Shown here piece after piece: positions 52,016 to 64,000 of a stretch of 64,000 nucleotides of DNA. The stretch spans positions 77,066,001 through 77,130,000 of the forward strand of contig NC_042997.1 in the NCBI RefSeq assembly GCF_006345805.1, written 5' to 3'. Every line of letters begins with the position of its first letter. Position 1 is the stretch's first letter. This DNA comes from Octopus sinensis. Its lineage: Eukaryota. Below the pieces are notes generated by a model that was given only the letters and a program-made list of their open reading frames with translations, was not told the DNA's origin and searched no databases. A program made the translations under genes and the position numbers.

Positions 52016-54914
52016 CTGAAATATCCCATACAAAGTCACTCAAAACTTTCTTAAAATCCCTGAAATCTTTTGAAACTTTGTTTGCATGCTGAACCTAACA
52101 CAAACATTGCCCTACTTCCTACAAAATAAATTTTTTAAATATTCTGTCTCTTCCCACTGTTGTGTCAGTTTCTATATGCACAGCACTTTTATTATGTCCC
52201 CTGTACCCTTAATTCCCATACTTTACTTTGTCACTTTTGCCACTGACCATTCTCCTTACCCGCCAATCCACATATATATTTCAGTACTAACTCAGACATT
52301 TAAAAATTATTCTCTCTCAGTTGAAGAATTTTCTTGAAACATCAAGATTCTTATCTTCTCCTTTGCATACAAGCCTATCCAAGTTTACAAGCTTCACTAA
52401 ATAAATTGACCTCTTGCTATTTATTTACATGTGTTGAACTTCTCCCACTAATATCTTTTTTTTATTAGAGCTAATACATTCATCCTCATTATCATCCATT
52501 GTCCATGCTGGTATATCAGTAAAAGTTAACAATTATTACTTTGCAGTATATCTTACCTTAGACAACACATTTACTTCGGCATTTACTGCTTTTTAGTTGC
52601 AAATCTGTTTTCATTTCATTCTATATTAAATTTCCACTTATTTTATTTATTTTTTTATTACTTTGTTTACTGAATTCATAAGCTTTTCCTCACTTTCTCT
52701 CCTTTTCTTTAAAATGCTAGTCCTAATTTTTAAGTTCTATTTTGTTATTTCTCCAGCTTCTTAAACATTATTTTGATTCCCTCCTAAAAAAATCTTTATC
52801 CATAATCAGTTGTAGATTAAAGAACAAAATTGAAACATTGAAGACCTTTTGCTATAATTAATAAAATATTTATTGATTCGCAACTGCTAAACGTATGCTC
52901 AATGATTCCAAATGGGGTTATAGCCCTTGGTTTACTTAATCCCACTTCAGTGACATAATATGTCTATTTACACAGACAGACTTATATTAAATACATACAT
53001 ACTGGTTCTCTACAAAACAGTCTACATGCTACATTGCATATAATAGTATCTTTACTAATATACTATGGATATATGCATGCACATATACATACATAAAATC
53101 TGCTTAAGGAAACTGTTCATGTAATGAATACTATACCCTAAAGCTTTTACCATTAATACAGGCCCGATAAAAAAAAAAAAAGCAGTAATCTTCTTTAGAT
53201 AAATGTGATAAAACATCTGTTTAGGAAAAATAGTAGCTGTAATCAAGCAATGAAAATAAACTGTAATTTGACATGTGAACTACTACTACATACATCATGG
53301 CCAGACCAAAAATTGTGGTCAGTTGATAGATAGTTTTTAACTAAATCAAAAATTGTGGTGTCTCAGCATGACCACAGCTCTTGAGCTGAAACTAGAAATG
53401 GATAAAGGATAACTGTATGAATTCTACAAAAATCTCTTAACTGATAGCATAAAGATGATGAACTACCAGAGTCTAAAATACTCTTAACTTCCTATTTCAG
53501 TACCAAGCAGTTTTAGCAGTAAGCCTACTCTTCCTATCTAACCATCAAAATCATACAAGTGAGAACAGACTAGTGGGTTTTTTTTTTCTTCCAAGAAAAC
53601 CTGTGAAGAACATATACATGTGCATGGATGAATGTATGTATGCCTATGTATAAACTGATGTTCTACAAATCAATCTGCATGCTGCGTCTCATCTGAATGA
53701 TATCATTTAGGTACGACTGAGGCTTGCTCTAAATATAGAATGAAAAGCAGATTTTATTTATGTTAAACGGAAATCATTTCATAGTTAAAATTTATTTCAC
53801 ATCTGTGAATTTCATAAAGATATATCTACTTTTCCTGTCACAACTCTAGCTTTTGCTACAAATAATTACTTTACCTTACATCTTGAACATTCAACATAAA
53901 CTCACAGCTTCTAATCTTACCATTACTTTCTAACCCATTTCAATAAATATTAGATGGCTTGAGTATAAAAAAAAAATATCCTGTTCTATTCTAATATTAT
54001 AATCATAGGTAACTCTAATAAAGCTTTCATATACTTTTCCTTCATTACCTGCTCATTAAAAAAATACAGCCACCAATACAAAATGTTGTGACCTATAATT
54101 TCTAGGTTCTTTTTTTTTAATCTTTTCTTTACCTCTTTTGTTGCTGTTTTTAAGCAGCAGTAGTAGTTGTGGTTAAAGTACTAAAATGTGATTTCAGGAA
54201 GATTTGGTTGCTAATTATAGCTTATCAAGCAACTGCATGGCATCTCTTATGTTGTTTCAAAAACTGTAGATGCTGTTAATACATATGAAAAATGAACTCA
54301 AAATATCTACTCCAGCTCTTCCTTAAAAAAAAGAAGTATTTCTTATATATATTAGTGATATTGGGTATTTTTCTTCATCTGATTTGGATTAAGACTGTAC
54401 TAGCCAATACAGGTACAGCATATGAATTGTATGTGTGTTGTCTCTAGTTTTGCTCATCTATTTTGTTAATTTTATTTTTTTCCCATCTATCCTTGGTCTA
54501 TACATTCTCCACTATCACTTCAAAGCACTTTCCTATCTATTATTATTCACAGTTAGCTTTGCCACTATAGTTCTTCATTAAGTGTGGCATCATAAAACAA
54601 ACCAAGTTACACAACACATGGAATGGACCAAGTAAACAATATGTAACCTTAATAGATTGTTGATAGCCTCTGCAGAATAAACTGTGACAATGGATCATGT
54701 AATGTGCACCAAAAATTGCAACAGTGATTAAATGGGCTTGACAGAAAGTGGACTCTCTATGTGTTCACTTGATCTATTAAAAAAGACAACAAAATCTCCC
54801 TTAAATTACAACTCACTATCTTAAGAGAGCACGAGCACATTAAAAAATGTATTTACAAATATAGAATGGTCACAACTGGAATGGTTTTAATCATAAGCTT
54901 CCTCTTTTGATATT

Positions 54915-55105
54915 CAGATCACTTATTTATTCACATCATTTTAAATTAATCATGCATTATCTCAGCTTTGAAATTTTGATGGTCTGGTTGTTTATTTTTA
55001 GAATAAAATTGTAGGGTAGGTGTGAGAAGCATAATCTCATCACTTTGAACAAAAAATAGGTAAAATATTTTGGCCAGATATGGTCCATTTAAATGCTAAA
55101 GGCAT
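54915..55105. mobile_element. Degenerate copy of the 11472-11691 piggyBac-type MITE
   Basis: Shares TTAATCATGCATTATCTC and AAATATTTTGGCCAGATATGG...TTAAATGCTAAAGG. Confidence 0.7.
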
Positions 55106-58100
55106 AAGGCTTACCTGAGGCTAAACAACAACAAACAATAATAACATCTTGACAGGTAACTTGATAAGCAGTCTTACAGATTGAGGAAAAGTCCAAGAGT
55201 TTAAATCGTATCACATCACCACCACTATCAATAAGTCACTATTTAAGTACTTGTCTGATTTTCAATACATTCAGATAAACATAGGTAGGAATTTTTTTGA
55301 ATCATCTTAGATTCTTTTGTGAAAGATTTCAAAGAAATTTTACAAATATGCATCAAAAACGAAACAAGCATTCTACGAAGATGCATTGATGCAGTATTGC
55401 CTGCCCAAACTGGACTTTCCTACAATCAAACCTGAGATGAAAGGGGGAAAGTTATTGTCAGAAGGTGAGAAAAATAGAGAAGGTTGAATAAACTAAAATC
55501 TCTTCTAAGTAATACACCTTTGCCCATTAACTTTGATTCTGTGTTGAAGCTTAACATTGTACATAACATATACAAAATGCAACCACATGGCTCTAGGTTC
55601 AATTCCACAGTATGGTTCTTTGGACGAATGTCTTTACCATAGTTGAGGGTTGACTAAGAGCCCATAAGCGGTTATGTGTGTGTATGTATTCGTGCTTCCT
55701 TATGACTCTTAAATTAGCAGTTTGACAAACAGATTTATAAAATGAATACCATTTTGATTCGTATTCTTTGCTATCTGTAAAAGTGACTAGCTACATCTTT
55801 ACAGGCCATTTTACTGGAGACAACTCATACATTTCAAATTTGCTTCTTCTAATTCATTATTTGCAAATTTTTCATTTCCTTGTCAAATTCCCACTTATTC
55901 TCTTTCTTCTTAGATCACTTTGTACATTTACTAAACTTGAGTAAACTTGCTTGGCCTACTAAAACCTTTGAACTGATAAAAGAATAAAAGACTCATTTTA
56001 AATTTAAAGAAACAGGAAGCTTTTACTAACTTTCTCACAAAACACTCAACACGTTGCTCCATTTTCTTTTTCTTACATCCTACCAAGAATGTTGTTAAAC
56101 TACAAACTTCTTAACTATCCTGTAGAATCAGATAGCAATGATTTTATTGTTACTTTTTGTTCTCTGTTGGTTAGATTCTTCCTGAGAATGAATATTAATC
56201 TTTCAATTCCTGAAGGCAAAATTCTCCATACGGGTTTCTGTATCACAAAATACTTGCCAGGCTAAACAACATGGAAAAATATTCCTTTGAGTGCTGCAGA
56301 GAAAGAATTTGTTTGAAAACAGGCTAAATTCTCTCCAATATGTTGTTCACATTTACAGGAGAGTGAACACACACAGTATTTTCATACGAAAATACTCATG
56401 CTCCACACTTGTGCAAAACCCAAAATGCACTGCAACATATGTTAGAATGTTGACACAAACACACAAAATTACACACACATACAATAATTCACTTGCACAT
56501 AAAGAAATGCACATCTATATTCTCTTTCCTCTCTCACTGCGCCCCACCTCCATTTCTCTATCAACACATGCATAATTTCCTTTATCTTTCTATATTATTA
56601 AGAAGACTGCAAATACTTTAACTACTTTTAGCTAATATTGCTAAAACATTTTGCATGCTTCAGTTTCCATCTTCCCAGTTAATCATGAATGATACAACTT
56701 TTATATCTTTTTACAGTCTTATCCTTATATCAGGAGAGATACTTAAAAAATCTGAAGACTTTTACTCTTCTTGCTAAAGGCATGCAGTAATCCAATTAAA
56801 GTTCCTTCTTTAACATTAAATACCAAACTTTTCACAGAAAATCTCTGTAGCTCCTTCATAAATCATTGCATATTTTGAACTTTGATTCAACGTAAGAGGC
56901 AGCATCTTGTTCAGAGTGCTTCTTACAGTTTAACTGATCAGATCAAAATACAAACCACTCAAGTACTTGCTATGATCAAGAAGCCTAATATTTTCAAGCA
57001 AGATACAAATTCATAAATACCCTCTCATAACTTCTGATTATCATTGCAATATCTCCACAGTTATCTGCTCTTGTTTCATGTAAGTAAATATCAATGATTC
57101 AGAAAAAGTTGCACTAACTTATGTTGACAGACGTTTTAAAGTGTCTTCATATCAGTGTATGTGAGTGTGTATTTCATTTCATGTTAGCATATAGTAAATG
57201 TATTTAGAACAGAAGTCTTTCAGAGTTTGTTTGCTTTCATAATGGCAAATATTTATCAATTGGAAGTTTACATTCAGTTATATTGATGCAACAGTAGACA
57301 GAGAGAATGAGATGGCTCACAGTTTTACTTAGCCAAAGTAATTAATGTCACCTTAAATTAGTTAGTTGTACAAAGCATAAATAAGTTACTGGGTTGATGT
57401 ACTAGATGACACAAGCAGACTAATTATGTAACTGAAATATCCCACTTGGAGAAAGAAAACAAGCCTTGTGGAAAATTATTTTCTTTTGTTCTATTTTGTT
57501 TTTTCTTTCTCCACTTAAGAGGAAATTTTCAATTAGTTGAGAATTTATTTTGTATACATATTGTTTACTCCTTAACTAATTTATTGAAATTTATTTTTTT
57601 GATCCATTTAAATTTCTTCTGTAAGCTTATATTATTTTTTACTGACACAAAATATAGTTCACTACCTATGAAGAGTTAGTATGCCAAAGTTATGGGATAA
57701 GCCATGTGTGTGCCTTTTAGTAATAACTGGTGTAAGCTGAGATATTATAGATCCATTTGTGTACTTTATCTAACCTGCTATTAGGTTTTATTTAGCAGAC
57801 CTATGGTGCTATGATTATTGGCTGTATGACAAGCTGCAATCCACAGATCTATAGCATGAGATCAGTTGCTATGGTTTCCTATGATGAAACCTTATCACTT
57901 TGACCAGTATTTTAGCCCCAAACCAGCATTCTCTTGTGATATTATTTTATCCAGGACTGAGTTATTCAACAACTTTTTAAGATTAAAAAGTGAAGTCAGA
58001 AGCTACCTTGTGCAAGATCCCTTTCTGTTGTCGAACAAGTGAAAATGGGACTCAGACAGTAGTATGTGCCTTACTAAGAGAACATTGCCTTCTCCATGTA

Positions 58101-58714
58101 TAGAGTTTACTTTAGGCAAGTTTTATACTTTTTTGCACCGTTCCTGCACTATAAATACAATACCACAGTTCTGAATCCATTTTCAGATTTGTTTCTTGAT
58201 TACTTAAATGTACATTTTAGTATTTCAGAGGCTTTTGTATCTCAAAAGAGTATGCTTATATGATCACAAAGCAGTCTCTTCTCAACATATTACATGTGAA
58301 CAAACTGCAGGTTATATAACTGAAATCATTCATATAAATAAGAAATGCAATAGATACAGCACAAGAAAATTTCTTTAAGACATTGGAGATTATAATGCTT
58401 TTAAATACTGATCACACATCATCATCATCAAACACCCACTTTTCCATGTTTTTTCATGAGTCAGAGAGCTTATTGATGCATATTTTCTGCAGTCGTATGC
58501 CTTTCCTGTCCCTAACTCTCACCTGTTTCCAAGCAAAGTAATATTTCCTCATGGCCAGGCATATTCTCACAGAATATTGGAAATGAATGACACCACTTGT
58601 ATGACAGTGACACTCATTTACAATTATCATACAATGTCAAGACAAGCTGACACATGTGTGCACACACATACAGTCAGCAAGCCCTTTTCAGCTCCATCTC
58701 CCAGACCCATTCAC

Positions 58715-59115
58715 ATCATCATTATCATTGTTTAACATCTGCTTTCCATGCTAGCATGGGTTAAATGGTTTGATATGGAGCTGGCCAGCAGGGAGCTGTC
58801 CAGACTTGAAATGTCTGCTGTGACATGGTTTCTGCAGTTGGATGCTCTTTTAAATGCCAACCACTTAACAGAATGTGTTTGGTGCTTTTTACTTGCTACT
58901 GGCACAAGTTTGTTTACACAGCACCAACACTGTTGCATTAACACAGCACTAGCGCACAATTAGATCTTGACACTTCTTTGCACAACTGTCCTCATCCATA
59001 CACATCATGTGACCAAAGCAGCACAGTCTTCTTTCTTACACACAACATCTAATGCCTCTTATATCCAGTTTTTCTTTTCAAATCATTTACACTCTTGACA
59101 TGCATGCACACTGAC
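58715..59115 (-). mobile_element. Old RTE 3' fragment (tail plus ORF2 C-terminus)
   Basis: (CAT)n-TTTAACATC...CCATGCTAGCATGGG tail and a reverse-complement match to the RRLRWYGHV region. Confidence 0.7.
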
Positions 59116-59130
59116 AAGACAACTAGAGGA

Positions 59131-61838
59131 TTCTAAGGGACAACCTGCTGAGAGCCACTGACCAGATCTGTGGCTGGTGCAAAGTCCCCTCTCGTCCCAA
59201 AATAACGTGGTGGTGGAACAATGTTGTAGACAGGGCTATTAAAGGAAAGAGACAGGCTTGGAAAGACTGGAAGAATGGGGGTAGCAGGGAATTTTATCAG
59301 ACTGCCAAAAGAGAAGCTAGGAGACAGGTTTATTTAGCCAGGGGGGAAGCGGATAAGAAAAAATTTGCCAATGTTCTGCGCCGTGAGGACCAAAGACTTG
59401 AGGTCTTTCGTGTTGCAAGACAGTGTGTGGGAGAGAATCGTGATGTGGTAGGAGAGAAATGTGTTCGCATGGATGATGGCTCACTTGCGCTAAATGAGGA
59501 TGCAAAGAGAGAGGTTTGGAGACGCCACTATGAAAGGTTGCTGAATAAAGAAAATGAATGGGATAAAGAGAGTCTGCCGAATGTTGACCCAACAGAGGGA
59601 CCAGCTATCCGAGTTGACTGTTCCTTGGTAGTTAAGGCAATTAGAAGCATGAAGACAGGGAAAGCCCCAGCCCATCAGGAATTACTGCAGAGATGCTCAA
59701 AATATCAGGTAGTGTCAGCTATAGCCTAGTTACCCGTATAGTTAACCAGGTGATACACGAAGGAGTCATACCCAATGACTGGTGTAGCAGCATAATAGTC
59801 AACTGCTACAAAGGTAAAGGTAACGCCCTAGATACAAATAATTACAGAGGTATCAAGCTGTTGGATCAGGTAATGAAGGTTACGGAGAGGGTCCTAATTA
59901 GAGAGAGAGTTAGTTTAGATGAGATGCAGTTTGGGTTCGTGCCAGGGAAAAGCACCACTGATGCCATATTCCTGGTAAGACAGCTGCAGCAGAAAAATCT
60001 AACCAAAGAAACGCTCCTGTATCTGGCTTTTGTTGACATGGAGAAAGCCTTCGACAGAGTCCCCTGATCCCTTATCTGGTGGTCAATGAGGAAACTAGGG
60101 ATAAATGAATGGTTTGTGAGAGCTGTGCAAGCCATGTACAGGGATGCTGCTAGTAATGTGAGGGTTGGTAACGAGTACAGTGAAGAATTCCGGGTAGAGG
60201 TAGGGGTCCACTAAGGTTTAGTCCTCAGCCCCCTCTTATTTATCATAGTCCTCCAGGCAATAACGGAGGAATTCAAGACAGGATGCCCCTGGAAGCTCCT
60301 CTACACTGATGACCTTGCTCTAATTGCTGAGTCACTATCAGAACTGGAGGAGAAGTTCCAGGTGTGGAAGCAAGGATTAGAATCGAAGGGCCTTAGAGTC
60401 AACCTAGCTAAAACCAAAGTCCTAATAAGTAGGAAGGTAGACAAGTCACAAACGCCTTCAGGTAGATGGCCCTGCTCGATCTGTAGAAAAGGCGTAGGTA
60501 GAAACTCTATAAGATGCACCAAGTGCAAGCTATAGACACACAAGAGGTGCAGCAACATCAAGGGAAGACTAACTGGGAAGATAGTTTTTGTATGTGGCAG
60601 ATGCTCAGGAGCAATAAACACTGAAAATACGCAGAGACCAACTTCCTCCACATTCCAGGGAGAAAAACTAGAAATAGTTAATAGCTTCCGTTACCTAGGT
60701 GACCAAGTCAGTAGCAAGGGCGGGTGTGTTGAAAGTGTAACTGCTTGAGTAAGAATAGCCTGGGCAAAGTTCAGAGAGCTCTTACCCCTGCTGGTGACAA
60801 AAGGCCTCTCGCTCAGAGTAAAAGGCAGACTGTATGACGCATGTGTACGAACAGCCGTGAAACATGAGCCGTGACTGCTGAAGATATGTGTAAGCTCGCA
60901 AGAAATGAAGCCAGTATGCTCTGATGGAAGTGTAATGTCAGTGTTCATACTCGACAGAGTGTAAGTAACTTGAGAGAAAAGTTGAACCTAAGAAGCCTCA
61001 GTTGTGGTGTGCAAGAGAGCTGTTGCGATGGTATGGTCATGTAGCGAGAATGGATGAAGATAGTTGTGTGAAAAAGTGCCACACCCTAGCGGTTGAGGGA
61101 ACCTGTGGAAGAGGTAGATCCAGGAAAACCTAGGACGAGGTGGTGAAGCACGACCTTCGAACTTTAGGTCTCACCGAGGAAATGACTAGAGGCCAAGACC
61201 TCTGGAAGTATGCTGTGCGTGAGAAGGCCCAGCAGGACAAGTGAGGCCATAACTCGTGGCCTCAGTCCACTTATGCATACCTTTCCTTCTTGTGACACAA
61301 AACTCTACTTGTGAAGACCTGTTGGGGCAAGTGAATTACAAAACAAAACCAAAATCAAAATCGATCAACATCAATGGAAATCGTAGCTGTGATACCAGTG
61401 CCGGTGGCACATAAGAGAACCATCTAAACGTGGCCATTGCCAGCGCCGCGCCAACTGCCTCCGTGCCAGTGGCACGTAAAAAGCATCTGATTATGGCTGC
61501 TGCCAGCCTCATCTGGCCTCCGTACCGGTGGCACGTAAAAAGCACCATCTGATCGTGGCCATTGCCAGCCTCACCTGGTCTCCGTGCCGGTGGCATGTAA
61601 AAAGCACCATCCAATCGTGGCTGTTTGCTAATCTCGTCTGGCACCTGTGCCGGTGGCACGTAAAAAGCGCCCACTACACTCATGGAGTGGTTGGCATTAG
61701 GAAGGGCATCCAGCCGTAGAAACATTGCCAGATCAGACTGGACCTGGTGCAGCCTTCTAGCTTCCCAGACCCCAGTTGAACCGTCCAACCCATGCCAGCA
61801 TGGAAAGCAGACGCTAAACAATGATGATGATGATGATG
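59131..61838 (+). mobile_element. RTE LINE, 5'-truncated, middle-aged (stops and frameshifts)
   Basis: Colinear with the 12507 and 32029 copies, including the PHD insert (about 60473-60603); distinct 3' UTR variant; (GAT)n tail. Confidence 0.95.
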
Positions 61839-61844
61839 GAGCAT

Positions 61845-63420
61845 ACTAGTTTCATTTCTTTCAAGCCCTCACAAGTCCTCTGTATTCAAAGTCCATGTTT
61901 CACTGCCATATAACATAGCTGTATGTACACGAGCATCATACAATCTGCCTTTCACTCTGAGAGAGAGGCCCTTAGTTACCAACAAAAGTAGAAGCTCTCT
62001 GAACTTCATCCACTCCATTCTTATCCTAGCAGCTACACTTTCAGAACTCCCTCCACCACTGCTAACTTGTTCTCCTAGATAACAGAAGCTGTCTATTGTC
62101 TGTATTTTAATGTTTATTGTAACCTGCACATTTGTTACACACAAAGACTATATTCTCTGTTAACCTTCCTTTGATACCACTACACCTCTTATGTGTCCAA
62201 AGCTTGAACTGGGTACAATGTTTGGTGTTTCTACCAACACCCTTCTTACATATTGAGCAGACTTATGATTTGTCTGTTTCCATACTTACCAGGACTTTGG
62301 TTTTTGCTGAATTAACCTTAAAATTCTTAGATTCCTGACTTTATTTCCATTTCTGAAATTTCTACTCTAGGTCAGGTAGTGATTCAGCTATAAGAACAAG
62401 GTCATCAGTATAGAGGAGATCTTCTACACAGATGAATTACTCTGTTAAAGCCTGGAGAACTAAGATGAACAAGACTGGACTGAGAACTGAGTCTTGGTGG
62501 ACTCTTGCCTGTGCACTGAACTCGTTGCAAACCTTCACCTTACTGGCAGCATCCCTCTACCACTCCCACTAACCACTCCTCTATCCCTAGCTTCTGCACT
62601 AACCATCAGATAAGTGAGTGGGGGACCCTGTCAAAAGCTTTTTCCATGTCAACAGAAGCCAGATACAGAGGCTTATTTTTGGCTATATATTTCTCCTGCT
62701 GTTGCCTAACCAAGAATATAGCATCAGTCATGCTCCTGCCTGACACAAACCTAAGCTGCATCTTATCTACACTAATTCTCTCCCTAATTAATTGGACTTT
62801 GACCCTTTCTGTGCTTTCATCACCTGGCCCAGCAATATGATTCCTTTGTAACTATTTCTGTCTAAGGCATTACTTTTGCAACAGTTGACTATAATGCTGT
62901 TACACCAATCATTGGATATTACCCCCTCATGGGCAACCTGATATACAAGTGACTAGGCCATATCTACTCTGCCAGATATTTTAAGCATCTCAGCGATGAT
63001 TCCTGATGGGCTGGGATCTTTCCCTGTCTTCATATCCTTAATTACTTTATCTACCAAGCCACTGTCAATTCAGATCCAAATTACAGTTGGGTCAATATTT
63101 GGCAGATTCTCCTTCTCCCATTCATTCTCCACATTTAGCAACCTTTCATAATGGCATTTCCAAGCCTCTGTCCTTGCAGCATCATTAAATGCAAGTGAGC
63201 CATCATCCATGCAGACACATTTCTCTCCTATGACATCACGATTTTCTCTCATACACTGTCTTGCAATCCAAGTCTCTGGTCCTCATATTGCAGAATCCAT
63301 CACACTTCAGTCCTTGTAGGGCTGTTATTTCTTTTTTTACTAATGGCCCTGTCACCTTAGGTTAAGAAGGGACTTTGCATCAGCCACAAATTTGGTCAGT
63401 AGCCCTCAGCGGGTTGTCCT
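61845..63420 (-). mobile_element. Older RTE ORF2 fragment, inverted relative to the adjacent copy
   Basis: The reverse complement gives RENRDVIGEKCVCMDDG..., a degenerate PHD (CSICKKGVGR...HKRC...FVCNKC) and DSFCYLG...RVKGRLYDA. Confidence 0.9.
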
Positions 63421-63450
63421 ATAGGAACCTGTGATTGTCCTCCATGTTAT

Positions 63451-63836
63451 ATGTCACTATATCCTCTTTTTTCATCAAATGCTGAACATCACACAGCCCG
63501 AGAGAATTTATCACAGGAAAGAAGAGAAGAAATTATACAAGATGCTCATCAGCATCACGCAGCCCGAGGGAATTTATTGCAGGAAAGAGAAGAATTTCTA
63601 TATCAAAATGCAAATTCTCACAGATTAGAAAGGCAAAATCGATTTTGAAGATCTTTAAATATAGTCAGACAACACAATATTGACGCTCTTCAAATGGACG
63701 TCAACATTACTCATCACTGTTGTGGCACCATGGAAGTACGGTGTCGGTTCTGCAGCTCCCTTATGTTTATGGGAGAAAAGACAAGTGGAAGCCAAGCTAA
63801 TTCCAACTTTGGTATTTGTTGTAAGACTGGTTACTG
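63451..63836 (+). pseudogene. Helitron RepHel N-terminal fragment: STPR-like repeats plus Cys-rich motif
   Basis: One frame with a single TGA at 63646: NAEHHTARENLSQERREEIIQDAHQHHAARGNLLQEREEF...*...HHCCGTMEVRCRFCSSLMFMGEK...FGICCKTG, matching the G.M...C..C.AL.F..E...F..CC..G motif of Helitron RepHel. Confidence 0.75.
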
Positions 63837-64000
63837 ATACTTTCCATTACTTTTGAGTATACATGAGAAAAATAGGACATTAAACTACACATCGTTTAAT
63901 AGGTACCCAAGTAATAATAATAGTAATGAGATGAGGAAAGCTTGCCAGGACAGAAGGCATATGGTTGCCAAGTGGTGAAATGATGAAGGCAATTCAACCT

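Overview
This is AT-rich eukaryotic DNA, not prokaryotic. The SINE/RTE repertoire, (TA)n arrays and (GAT)n-tailed LINEs look like a coleoid cephalopod, probably Octopus (inference). The window is mostly intronic or intergenic and densely filled with transposons. Non-LTR elements: one near full-length but disrupted CR1-clade LINE (140-4664), several RTE-clade LINE copies of different ages, an R4/Dong-type RLE LINE remnant, old LINE fragments and tRNA-derived SINEs. LTR element: an internally deleted Gypsy with LTRs and a 5-bp TSD. DNA elements: a long-TIR Tc1, two mariners, a piggyBac deletion derivative with MITEs, and two Helitron-like remnants. Six short exon-like segments with canonical splice sites suggest an unidentified minus-strand host gene ending at about 8237. 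The most unusual observations are four. (1) The CR1 ORF1 combines a Myb/SANT-like domain, poly-Q and two CCCH zinc fingers. (2) A complete C4HC3 PHD finger is inserted inside the RT domain of the RTE ORF2. (3) The Tc1 has 340-bp TIRs that overlap both ends of the transposase frame, and its left TIR carries a near-perfect inverted copy of local DNA. (4) The RTE 3' UTR has a variable-number hairpin array. All domain calls were made by eye; no database searches were run.
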